Source of the DNA: Promethearchaeota archaeon
Lineage (GTDB): Archaea; Asgardarchaeota; Hermodarchaeia; Hermodarchaeales; Hermodarchaeaceae
DNA length: 64,000 bases
NCBI GenBank assembly: GCA_048939625.1
Contig: JBHLPH010000001.1
Span: forward strand, 64,001-128,000
Direction: 5' to 3'
The notes under the pieces are model-generated. The model did no database searches. It saw nothing but the letters and a program-made list of their open reading frames with translations, and was not told the DNA's origin. The position numbers and the translations under genes are program-made. Shown one piece after another: positions 40,417 to 49,496 of the stretch (the first letter of the stretch is position 1; the number at the start of each line of letters is the position of its first letter).

Positions 40417-40523
40417 TTTTCTGGTTCACCTTTTAAACACACCAATAACTAAGATAGTTAAAAACACACTCCCTATTCAGAATAATCGACTTAACGTCTA
40501 AGGGCTATCAGTAAGACTGCGAA

Positions 40524-40886
40524 TTAAATCACCGGAAACAAGGGAAGGAGAAAATATCCGAGTAAGCCGACAATTAGAAGCAGGGCACCAGATGCAAGTA
40601 TTACGATGCCACTTCCAGATTGTTCACTCCGTCGATCTGGATAGTGTCGAGCCGTATCGCGAGTCACTTGCGGATTTACTGCATACCTTGCAGTTGCCAT
40701 GGCTTCTATGAAGGGCGTCTGAAGGCAAGCCCCGAAAACTAGTAAAAATATTCCTAGACCGACCAAAATGAGAAAGAAATTGGTAAAAGTCCATATCTGA
40801 AAAATCACAATTGTGGCAACCCAGGCAGCGATAATACAAATCACAGTAAGGAGAACAAATCGTTTTCCAAAGGACACCCAGTCCAT
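40524..40886 (-). CDS. Small membrane protein (3 TM)
   Basis: 120-aa ORF with three hydrophobic helices. Confidence 0.7.
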   Translation of the reverse strand: MDWVSFGKRFVLLTVICIIAAWVATIVIFQIWTFTNFFLILVGLGIFLLVFGACLQTPFIEAMATARYAVNPQVTRDTARHYPDRRSEQSGSGIVILASGALLLIVGLLGYFLLPLFPVI

Positions 40887-40968
40887 TCGAGTAACCCAAG
40901 TTTACTCAGGAAATCTAAAAACAAAAAGTTATGTACGTTAGACACCGGTGACAAATGGAAGTTCTGTA

Positions 40969-41805
40969 TTAACTGTGTGAACACTTCTGCTTATATGACT
41001 CGAAAGCTTGTGTCTCTTGTTCCTTATAGGTGTCAAGCCGGGAGATTAGTAAATCGAAATCTACTTCATGGGCATCAAATTCGGGTCCGTCCACACAGGC
41101 GAATTTCATTTCCCCACCTACATCAACGCGGCAGGCGCCACACATGCCAGTTCCATCAACCATGATGGGATTTAAGCTGCATTCAGTTTTGACATTGAAG
41201 GGTTTGGTGGTAGCAGCAACAAACTTCATCATGATTGGGGGCCCAACGGTGAAAACATAATCAATCTGTCTGTCAGATTCAAGGAGCTCTTTGAGTTTTG
41301 TAGTTACAAAACCGTGTGTCCCTTTGGAACCGTCGTCAGTGGTGATGTGGAGTTCATCACTAATCTGGTTGAGTTCAAGCTCACATACCAAGAGATCCTC
41401 TTGCCGGGCTCCTAAAATTGTAATGAGGTAATTTCCAGCCGCTTTGATTTGACGTGCCCGTGGAAGAGCCGGAGCAGCACCACAACCACCAGCAACCACT
41501 ATAACCGTCCCATATAGCTCAACAGTTGGAGCATGCCCTAAAGGTCCAAGGATATCTTTGATAAAATCACCAGGCTTCAGTTTAGCTAACTCCATCGTTG
41601 ATTTGCCCACAACCTGGAAAACAATGGTTACCAAACCTTTCTCACTCTCCCAATCTTTGAGGGTAAGAGGAATGCGTTCACCCTGATCATGTAATCGAAG
41701 AATCAGAAATTGGCCAGGCTGAGCTTTAGCAACAATTTCTGGTGCTTCAACATCAAACTCGTAAATATCAGGAGCGATTTTCCTGGTCGCTAACACCTTG
41801 AACAT
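40969..41805 (-). CDS. nfnA: NfnA / SudB small subunit (FNR-like, 2Fe-2S)
   Basis: PGQFLILR, GERIPLT, GPLG, TDDGSKG, MVDGTGMCGACRV, CVDGPEFD; start MFKVL. Confidence 0.92.
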   Translation of the reverse strand: MFKVLATRKIAPDIYEFDVEAPEIVAKAQPGQFLILRLHDQGERIPLTLKDWESEKGLVTIVFQVVGKSTMELAKLKPGDFIKDILGPLGHAPTVELYGTVIVVAGGCGAAPALPRARQIKAAGNYLITILGARQEDLLVCELELNQISDELHITTDDGSKGTHGFVTTKLKELLESDRQIDYVFTVGPPIMMKFVAATTKPFNVKTECSLNPIMVDGTGMCGACRVDVGGEMKFACVDGPEFDAHEVDFDLLISRLDTYKEQETQAFESYKQKCSHS

Positions 41806-41876
41806 AGAGTCAACACCTGTATTTGTATTGGGGAAAGTACTGAATGGCGGGACACAAGCGATGGTAAAAAGATTAC

Positions 41877-42605
41877 TCACACATCAATAGAAACTGTTAG
41901 CCCATCAACCGTGTAGGAGTAGGCATCATAGGTTTTGGGATTATAACGTCCACCAGCCTTCTTAACTTGGAGTAATCGTGTGTTGCTTTCACGATTCAAT
42001 TCAATGACGACTTGCGTGGTATGTTCGATCGCTGCAAGAAATTCTTTGTTGTGGGCATTTCGGTTTATTGTCCAGTAAGCTAAGGTTTTGTACGCATACA
42101 ATGCGGGACAGATATGGCCAAAAAGGCTCCGAGCGTTCTCTTGCCCCCAAAGGATTTCCATTGCTGTGAGACTATTAATTACAAGGCGGGTTCCATCTCC
42201 AATAAACTCCCTTTCGATACGACCAAAAAAGTGGTGGAACCTTTCAATCTCTCGGGACATAGGGACCTTTCGTATCCAAGAAGGAGCTTTATCATAAAAA
42301 TCCGTGAATACAAGTTCCCCACGACCCCCAGATTCGGAGAAACAATCTAACACTAAGAAATAATCCTCCCAACCCGAAGGAAGAGAACTAATTAGGGGTT
42401 TAAGAAATAATAGCAAAGCCTGTGGTGGATAAATGAAATCCAAGTAAATAACTTGCTTCTCTTCATCTATCCCCTTCCTCATGAAGTTCTGAAGGAATTC
42501 GTTTACAAAAGTTCCTGTTTCATACTCCCAGACTACGTTTTCACCGAGAATTAACCCTTCACCAAGAATGTCATCTAACACCGGAATACCAGTCGAAGTT
42601 GGCAT
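41877..42605 (-). CDS. KaiC/RecA-superfamily ATPase-like domain protein with degenerate P-loop
   Basis: STGIPVLDDILGEG start, LVLDCFS, RLVINSLT, LLQVKKA; the Walker A position reads YETGTFV (no GKT). Confidence 0.8.
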   Translation of the reverse strand: MPTSTGIPVLDDILGEGLILGENVVWEYETGTFVNEFLQNFMRKGIDEEKQVIYLDFIYPPQALLLFLKPLISSLPSGWEDYFLVLDCFSESGGRGELVFTDFYDKAPSWIRKVPMSREIERFHHFFGRIEREFIGDGTRLVINSLTAMEILWGQENARSLFGHICPALYAYKTLAYWTINRNAHNKEFLAAIEHTTQVVIELNRESNTRLLQVKKAGGRYNPKTYDAYSYTVDGLTVSIDV

Positions 42606-42664
42606 GAGACCTCAATCCATTCAATTCTTTTCATCCGCGCATTAAATGTATGATTGTTGTTTGA

Positions 42665-42710
42665 TGTACATACGTGTACAATTTGAACATAAGCTTTGAA
42701 TAGTTGAACA
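42665..42710. promoter_or_regulatory. TGT/AACA operator array flanking the gdh TATA box
   Basis: TGTACA 42665, TGTACA 42675, TGAACA 42684, TGAACA 42705; TTTGAATA lies between the last two. Confidence 0.6.
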
Positions 42711-42740
42711 CTATATTCTATCTTAACCAGGTGAAGTCAC

Positions 42741-44519
42741 ATGCTGAACCTGGTTGAATTAACACCAACTGAATTGGGCTTGCAAAAGTTAATGGTTGAC
42801 TTTTTTGCAGAAAAGCCTCAATACACAGCCGGACTGGATCAATTCACATCCACACATTATGCCTTAATGACGGCATTATCCGAGAATTACAACATTCCTT
42901 TTGCAACAACCTCAATTATCTTCGAACAGCTAGCCATGAAGATTCGTCGGGCGGAATATCTGAATGTCGAATGTCCTGATGATGCATCAGGAAATGGGTG
43001 CTTAACCCGTCAGGAACATCAAATTCTGAGTGCAATGTTTGATTATTTTGCTGAACAACCGTCTCAAGCTGAAGCAAGCCTTCTCGCTGATCGTCGCGAA
43101 GCGTTCATCGATTACTTCAAATGGATTCACGGTGGTGATGTTGCTAAAATCTCAACCTGTTGTGATCGTGTAATCGATCAATTACAGAGAGCAGTCTCTG
43201 CAACAATCCAAACCTTGGATGAAGTTACACCTACACCTAATCCTTATGAAGCGGCCCTCGAACAACTGGATCTCGCTGCCGAAAAGCTGGGATTAGACCC
43301 AGCCACTCATGAGGTTTTACGTCATCCAGAACGAATTCTCATCGTAAATATTCCAGTCCAAATGGACGATGGATCAGTTCGTGTTTTTACGGGATACCGT
43401 TCTCAGTACAATGATGCGCTGGGACCTACAAAAGGAGGTATTCGCTATCATCCTGATACAACAATCGATGAAGTTATTGCCCTATCTGCCTGGATGACTT
43501 TCAAAACAGCTGTCGTGGGCTTACCCTTGGGTGGCGGTAAAGGCGGGATACGGTGTAATCCTAAAGAGATGTCATTAGGCGAGCTTGAACGTCTAACTCG
43601 TGGATATACAAGAGAAATGGTTCGATTCATCGGTCCACAATTAGATGTTCCGGCCCCAGATGTGTATACGGATGCACAAACAATGGCATGGATTATGGAC
43701 GAATATGTCGAATGTACGGGTGCATATTGTCCAGGTGTGGTCACAGGAAAACCTGTGGGGATTGGTGGTTCGAAAGGCCGAGAAGAAGCAACCTCACTTG
43801 GCTTGGTCTTCACTGTTATTGAGGCAGCTCAAGAACTTGGTGTCCCCCTAGACGAAATCCGGGTGGCTATTCAAGGGTTTGGCAACGTTGGGTTCAACGC
43901 CGCCCGAATTCTCCATGAGAGAGGGTGTAAAATCATTGCGGTGTCTGACTCTAAAGGAGGAATCCTAAATCCCGAAGGATTGGATCCCCTGAAGGTAAAG
44001 GAACATAAGAAGCAGTCTGGTTCCGTCATTGGTTACAAGGATTCTATTCAAATTAGTAATAGTGACCTTCTGGAACTTGAATGCGATATACTCATTCCAG
44101 CAGCATTAGAAAACGTCATTACTGCTGAAAATGCCCCTCGAATCAAAGCGAAGATAATCGCTGAGGGAGCAAACGGTCCTACAACACCGGATGCGGATCT
44201 CATTCTCCATGAACAAAACGTCTTCCTCATCCCTGACATTCTTGCGAATGCAGGTGGCGTTACGGTTAGCTATTTCGAAATGGTCCAAAATCAAATAAAC
44301 TATTTTTGGACTCTGGAAGAAGTACATAGTAAACTCAAACAAATTATGCAGACCGCATTTCATGATGTACTAGTGCTTTCTAAGGAACATGATGTTCCGA
44401 TGCGTATTGCTGCATATATGCTTGCTTTGAGTCGTATCAGCTATGCAATGCAGACTAGGAAACATTCGTTCTCACCAAAACGAGTTACTGGTTCAAAACC
44501 GAAAATCTTGAAAGGGTAA
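42741..44519 (+). CDS. gdhA: Glutamate dehydrogenase with ~165-aa duplicated N-terminal extension
   Basis: GPTKGGIRYHP, WMTFK, GGGKGG, DVPAPD, QGFGNVG, EGANGPTT, NAGGVTVSYFE; AGGTGA SD. Confidence 0.92.
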   Translation: MLNLVELTPTELGLQKLMVDFFAEKPQYTAGLDQFTSTHYALMTALSENYNIPFATTSIIFEQLAMKIRRAEYLNVECPDDASGNGCLTRQEHQILSAMFDYFAEQPSQAEASLLADRREAFIDYFKWIHGGDVAKISTCCDRVIDQLQRAVSATIQTLDEVTPTPNPYEAALEQLDLAAEKLGLDPATHEVLRHPERILIVNIPVQMDDGSVRVFTGYRSQYNDALGPTKGGIRYHPDTTIDEVIALSAWMTFKTAVVGLPLGGGKGGIRCNPKEMSLGELERLTRGYTREMVRFIGPQLDVPAPDVYTDAQTMAWIMDEYVECTGAYCPGVVTGKPVGIGGSKGREEATSLGLVFTVIEAAQELGVPLDEIRVAIQGFGNVGFNAARILHERGCKIIAVSDSKGGILNPEGLDPLKVKEHKKQSGSVIGYKDSIQISNSDLLELECDILIPAALENVITAENAPRIKAKIIAEGANGPTTPDADLILHEQNVFLIPDILANAGGVTVSYFEMVQNQINYFWTLEEVHSKLKQIMQTAFHDVLVLSKEHDVPMRIAAYMLALSRISYAMQTRKHSFSPKRVTGSKPKILKG

Positions 44520-44564
44520 GGGCAGTCATCACTGCCTTTCTTTTACATTTGTTGGATCCTAAGG

Positions 44565-44600
44565 CGTACACTATGTACAACATTAATAAACGAGTGTACA
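44565..44600. promoter_or_regulatory. (T/C)GTACA operator array flanking the TATA box of the RHH regulator
   Basis: CGTACA 44565, TGTACA 44574, TGTACA 44595 (same 9/21 spacing as at gdh); TTAATAAA lies between the last two. Confidence 0.6.
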
Positions 44601-44624
44601 TCGCATCAAAATGAGGGCCCACTG

Positions 44625-46556
44625 GTGTCGGTTCATATTCACACAACCATCCCCAAAAAAACAGGGGCAATTTTAGATGAATTAGCTGGAACATATGGGA
44701 CCAAAAGCCGCGTTCTTGAAATAGCTTTGGAAACCTTGCTTCGCGTTGATAAAGTTGGTTCCTGTGACGATTGTCAATTGAAGGCACAAATCGAAGAACA
44801 GCTAAAACTACGCGAAACATTAGAGCTTGCTTCATTTCGCCGAGACTTATTGGATGAACTTCTCAAAATCGCTTTAGCGGACCAAACACTGGAAGAATTC
44901 ATTCAATGGCAACAAAAGGAAGCACAACATACTATAGAGCTAATTCAGAGTGCCATCCAGTGGAAAACACCAACACAATTTAGTGAATTTCTAGCGGTGA
45001 TAGAGCTAATCAGCAAGACAACAAGGGGATTTGAGATTGCTTCCCATCGAGAAATGGATCACTCAATCGTTTTACGACCCGTAGTATTTCTTAGACTACC
45101 GGAATTAGTTGCTCTACAACTCGCGATCATACTGGAAGGCATTGGCTGCCATTTTGATCTTCGAATTATACGAAAAGAGGTTATAATCAAAATGCTTCGA
45201 AGAGATTTATCAGCAATTCGACGTACTGATCCTATGCAACTAATCCTTCAAAGCCTAAAGGAGAAGTTAGCCACCCTTCAACCATTACTTTTCAAGGACC
45301 AACTTGCCTTAGTTGGACCTGCCTTCTTGAAATGGGCAACAAAGAACCTTGAAGTGTCGGTCACAGACTTAGGAACTGCAATTGAGGATATTCAATTATT
45401 CCTTAAACCCAGCGAATTGCCTGATGTACCTCAAGAATTCATGCAAGGATTGCTCGAAGCAACTCGGGCAATGAATTGGATTTCGCAGTACAGAATCGAT
45501 CATGAGTCCAATAGTCAATATCATATAACCTTTCAAGCAACATCACCCCCCATGGCTAACATCGCTACAATAAGCTTTGCAATTATTTTGGCAACACGAG
45601 GATGGAAACTCAACCGATACTCCACTGAATATAACCACGGAACATTAGACGTAGAGCTAGTGGGAGAAAGCTCTCAGAATATTGTGGACCAGTTGAGTGA
45701 TTTGAATCTGTATGGCGTAGTAAACGAACAGTTCTTGGATTCCATTCCAGTTCCACGAGAACTATATGAGACCTTTACGGTGAAAGTCTATGACAGTGAT
45801 CGTCGACGATTTGACGAAATCTATCGAAATATGGGTTTCCGAGTGGCAAATGCTATTCGTATGCTAGGTAGCGATGATGATTCACGCATATTACAACTCG
45901 CTCAAATGTTTATTGAGAAAAACATCCACCAAGCTCAGCCCAATGCTGACGTTCGATTTGTTGATGATGAAAATTTCTCAATAGTCTTCAAGAAAATGAA
46001 TGCGGTAACATTGGCTAGCCAACGATTAATCATTGGAGCGATGCTTGAGGCTTTAGGGTATCAAGTTTCTTTCAAGGAGTTCCAAAATCTACTGAGTGTT
46101 GTGATGAAGAAAGTTGACAAACCATTCCTAAGTCCTCTTCATCGAAGGGAAGTTGTTCAAATGGTGAGTGATGCAATTGCCGCAGATTCAGCAAAGAATG
46201 CCCTTAAGCAAGTGAAACCCACATTAGACGATCTATTTCCATTGGATTATCCTTGGACGATACATGAAATTGGAGACCGGCTCTTAGAGATGTATCGTGA
46301 GTTAGGAATACAAGTGGAAATCGAGTACTTCGAGGGGGGGTTTACCCTCAAATATCGCACTTGCCCCTATTACAAACTGGTTAAGAATGATCAAAAGACA
46401 TGGCTCTGTACCTTCCGAAAAAAGGCCATTGAGTATATTCTCTCACGAGTAACAAAAACAGGTAAAGGACAAATCAGGGTACTCAAGTCGCTAATTCAAA
46501 ACGGCACACACCCCTGTGAATATGCGGTCTTCTTAGAGGAGTTCCTTGCTACATAG
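44625..46556 (+). CDS. Putative transcriptional regulator: RHH plus four tandem V4R-like domains
   Basis: N-terminal VHIHTTI-helix-TKSRVLEIALETL (RHH), CDDC, three repeats ending IILEGIG / IILATRG / AMLEALG, and a terminal V4R/MetOD1-like domain with TCPY..LC..PCEY. Confidence 0.7.
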   Translation: MSVHIHTTIPKKTGAILDELAGTYGTKSRVLEIALETLLRVDKVGSCDDCQLKAQIEEQLKLRETLELASFRRDLLDELLKIALADQTLEEFIQWQQKEAQHTIELIQSAIQWKTPTQFSEFLAVIELISKTTRGFEIASHREMDHSIVLRPVVFLRLPELVALQLAIILEGIGCHFDLRIIRKEVIIKMLRRDLSAIRRTDPMQLILQSLKEKLATLQPLLFKDQLALVGPAFLKWATKNLEVSVTDLGTAIEDIQLFLKPSELPDVPQEFMQGLLEATRAMNWISQYRIDHESNSQYHITFQATSPPMANIATISFAIILATRGWKLNRYSTEYNHGTLDVELVGESSQNIVDQLSDLNLYGVVNEQFLDSIPVPRELYETFTVKVYDSDRRRFDEIYRNMGFRVANAIRMLGSDDDSRILQLAQMFIEKNIHQAQPNADVRFVDDENFSIVFKKMNAVTLASQRLIIGAMLEALGYQVSFKEFQNLLSVVMKKVDKPFLSPLHRREVVQMVSDAIAADSAKNALKQVKPTLDDLFPLDYPWTIHEIGDRLLEMYRELGIQVEIEYFEGGFTLKYRTCPYYKLVKNDQKTWLCTFRKKAIEYILSRVTKTGKGQIRVLKSLIQNGTHPCEYAVFLEEFLAT

Positions 46557-46656
46557 GAGGAGAAGAGGCGCATTATGTATCGAAGTCGAATGTATCACCA
46601 AACTCTGTATAATCCTGGAGGTTTTAAAATCAGGAGAAATAAAGGAGTGGTTGGAT

Positions 46657-49470
46657 TTGGTAACAACTAATTTGGATCAAATTTTTAATCCCAAGAGTAT
46701 TGCCCTCATTGGCGCTAGCGAAGAGGAGGGATCAGTAGGGCAAATTCTCATGCGTAATTTAACGATGATTGCATTACATGAAAAGGTCTTTCCAATTAAT
46801 ATTCGTCACAAAGAAGTAATGGGCATCAAGACTTTTGCCAAGGTGGGCGACGTCCCTGAACCCATTGATTTAGCTATAATCGCGACTCCAGCAAAAACCG
46901 TGCCTGGGATTGTGGAAGAATGTGGACAAGCAGGAATCAAGGGAATAATCATCATCTCTGCAGGGTTCAAAGAAATCGGCTCTGAAGGCCTCGCCCTTGA
47001 GAAGGAATTAATCGAACTTAAACGAAAATATAACCTTCGAATAATTGGACCGAACTGCTTTGGTATCATCCGTCCGAGCATCCAACTAAATGCAACCTTT
47101 GCAGAAGCGATGCCAAAAGCAGGAAACATTGCATTCATTTCTCAGAGTGGAGCATTGGGTTCAGCTATCATCGATTGGGCACTTAGCCAAAATCTAGGAT
47201 TCAGTAATTTCGTTTCGGTCGGTTCGATGATCGATGTGGATTTTGGAGATTTGATCGACTATTTTGGAACCGATCCCCAAACGCGAAGCATAATTTTGTA
47301 TATTGAAGGCATAACTGATGCAAGGAAATTCATGAGTGCAGCCCGCCATTTTGCAAAAACCAAACCCATTATCGTAGTAAAGGCAGGTAAATATGGTGAA
47401 AGTGCCAAGGCTGCGGCATCTCACACAGGATCATTAACCGGTTCAGATTTGGTTTACGATGCAGCATTTAAACGGGCAGGCATTGTCCGAATCGAAGAAA
47501 TTTCGGATCTCTTTAATGCCGCAGAAACCTTGGGGATGCAACCATTACCTGGAGGCTCGCATCTAGCCATTATTACAAATGCGGGGGGTCCCGGAGTGAT
47601 GGCTGCGGATGCGTTACTCCAAAGAGGAGGAAAACTCGCACAGCTTTCAGAAGCTACAATAAAAGAATTGGATAAGATTTTACCGCCGTTTTGGAGCCGA
47701 GGGAACCCTATTGATATTCTTGGTGATGCTGATGCGCAGCGTTACCGCGAAACGATGAGTATATGTTTGGCTGACAAAAACGTTGATGGAATCCTGCTTA
47801 TTTATACACCACAAGCAATTGCGGCTGCAGAAACAATCGCGAAGAATATCGTTTCGGCTTGTGACGCCCGTGGAGGCTGCGAAAAGACTATTTTGACTTC
47901 TTTCATGGGTGGGAACAAAGTTGAGAAGGCAAACCAAATTTTCACAGAAAACGGATACCCCACCTATTGGACACCCGAACATGCTGTTGCCACTTACATG
48001 TACATGTACCAGTATAAGCGAAATCTTGAATTATTATACGAAACCCCAGAAGAACTACCCATTGAGAGTGCTCCACCAAAACGTCCTATTACGGTGCTTT
48101 TACGGAATGCTGCTAAGCAGAAACGTGAGATCCTTACTGAAGTTGAAGCCAAACAACTTTTAGAATTCAACAATATCCCAGTGGTAAAAACCCGAATCGC
48201 CAATTCCGTGGATGAAGCTGCCGCCGTAGCCGCCACAATAGGGTATCCTGTCGTCTTAAAGATTCATTCACCAGATATCACACACAAATCTGATGCGGGT
48301 GGAGTGAAACTCAATCTTCATGACGATAACGAAGTCCGTAATGCCTACAACGCCATTATCGAAGCAGCGAAAGCACACAACCCAACAGCGAAGATCCAAG
48401 GCGTGACAGTTCAGGCAATGATTGAGCCAACAGGAACTGAAGTGATTCTAGGCGCAAAACGCGACCCGCTCTTTGGACCTGTCATACTCTTTGGAATGGG
48501 AGGTGTCGGTGTCGAGTTTTTCAATGATGTATCACTTGGTTTTCCTCCTCTTAATCAAACCCTTGCTCGACGCATCATGGAGGACACCCGAGTGTACGAA
48601 GTTCTGGTCAAAGGATATCGGCGGATTCCTCCTGTAAATCTAAAATTACTGGAAGAACTCATTGTTCGCTTCTCTCAAATGATTGTTGATTTTCCTGAAA
48701 TTAAAGAACTGGACATAAATCCCCTGCTTGTTGATGATAAACACGTCATTGCCCTTGACGCGCGCGTGGTTATCGATTTATCGCGAATTGAAAAAAAAGG
48801 AGACAGCCCACAGGAACTGGTAATTAGTCCCTATCCAAAACGGTATGAACAGATTTGGCGAATACGTGATGGGCGAACGGTCTTATTCCGTGCTATCAAA
48901 CCTGAAGATGAACCGCTTTGGTTGGAAATGTTTCAGAACTTTTCTGAAGAATCGATTCGCTACCGGTTTTTCGAAATTATCAAAGATACTCCCCATGAAG
49001 TACGAATACGATATACTAACATCGATTATGACCGTGAAATCGCGATCGTACCAATCCTTAATGAAAGAGGAAAAGACCGAATTCTTGGTGTGGTGCGATT
49101 AATTGAAGAACCCGATGGGAAACGTGGAGAAATCGCCTTCATCATTGCTGATCCGTGGCAAGGTCTTGGCCTTGGCTCGAAGCTGATTGATTATATGATT
49201 GAAATTTCAATCGACCGAGGATTGGAAGAAATCTATGGAGTGATGCTTCCCGATAACTATCGAGCCCATAAGCTAATGCAAAAGATGGGATTTACACTCG
49301 AAAAGACAAAAGATGACTTGGTCAAAGCTACGCTTGATTTAGCCGCAGAAAGGCGATGGAGAACGCCACGAGAATTTCGACCAAGCGCAGAACCAGAAAA
49401 TGAAGCTGAAGCACCCAAGAAAGGTGTTCAGTCAAAAAAGAAACGAACAAAAAAAGCAAAAAAGCCCTGA
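46657..49470 (+). CDS. ADP-forming acyl-CoA ligase (alpha+beta) fused to GNAT (Pat-type protein acetyltransferase)
   Basis: IFNPKSIALIGAS, GPNC, SQSGA, SHTG, TNAGG, HKSDAGGV, DINPL, and C-terminal GNAT WQGLGLG; TTG start (46651 or 46657) after AGGAG. Confidence 0.9.
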   Translation: MVTTNLDQIFNPKSIALIGASEEEGSVGQILMRNLTMIALHEKVFPINIRHKEVMGIKTFAKVGDVPEPIDLAIIATPAKTVPGIVEECGQAGIKGIIIISAGFKEIGSEGLALEKELIELKRKYNLRIIGPNCFGIIRPSIQLNATFAEAMPKAGNIAFISQSGALGSAIIDWALSQNLGFSNFVSVGSMIDVDFGDLIDYFGTDPQTRSIILYIEGITDARKFMSAARHFAKTKPIIVVKAGKYGESAKAAASHTGSLTGSDLVYDAAFKRAGIVRIEEISDLFNAAETLGMQPLPGGSHLAIITNAGGPGVMAADALLQRGGKLAQLSEATIKELDKILPPFWSRGNPIDILGDADAQRYRETMSICLADKNVDGILLIYTPQAIAAAETIAKNIVSACDARGGCEKTILTSFMGGNKVEKANQIFTENGYPTYWTPEHAVATYMYMYQYKRNLELLYETPEELPIESAPPKRPITVLLRNAAKQKREILTEVEAKQLLEFNNIPVVKTRIANSVDEAAAVAATIGYPVVLKIHSPDITHKSDAGGVKLNLHDDNEVRNAYNAIIEAAKAHNPTAKIQGVTVQAMIEPTGTEVILGAKRDPLFGPVILFGMGGVGVEFFNDVSLGFPPLNQTLARRIMEDTRVYEVLVKGYRRIPPVNLKLLEELIVRFSQMIVDFPEIKELDINPLLVDDKHVIALDARVVIDLSRIEKKGDSPQELVISPYPKRYEQIWRIRDGRTVLFRAIKPEDEPLWLEMFQNFSEESIRYRFFEIIKDTPHEVRIRYTNIDYDREIAIVPILNERGKDRILGVVRLIEEPDGKRGEIAFIIADPWQGLGLGSKLIDYMIEISIDRGLEEIYGVMLPDNYRAHKLMQKMGFTLEKTKDDLVKATLDLAAERRWRTPREFRPSAEPENEAEAPKKGVQSKKKRTKKAKKP

Positions 49471-49496
49471 GCTAAATCAATGATTGGATTTGTGTA

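Noticed and set aside
46576-46611. Three TGTAT motifs at 15-bp spacing upstream of the ACD-GNAT gene as further RHH operators
   Set aside because: Sequence and spacing differ from the TGTACA arrays; too weak to call.
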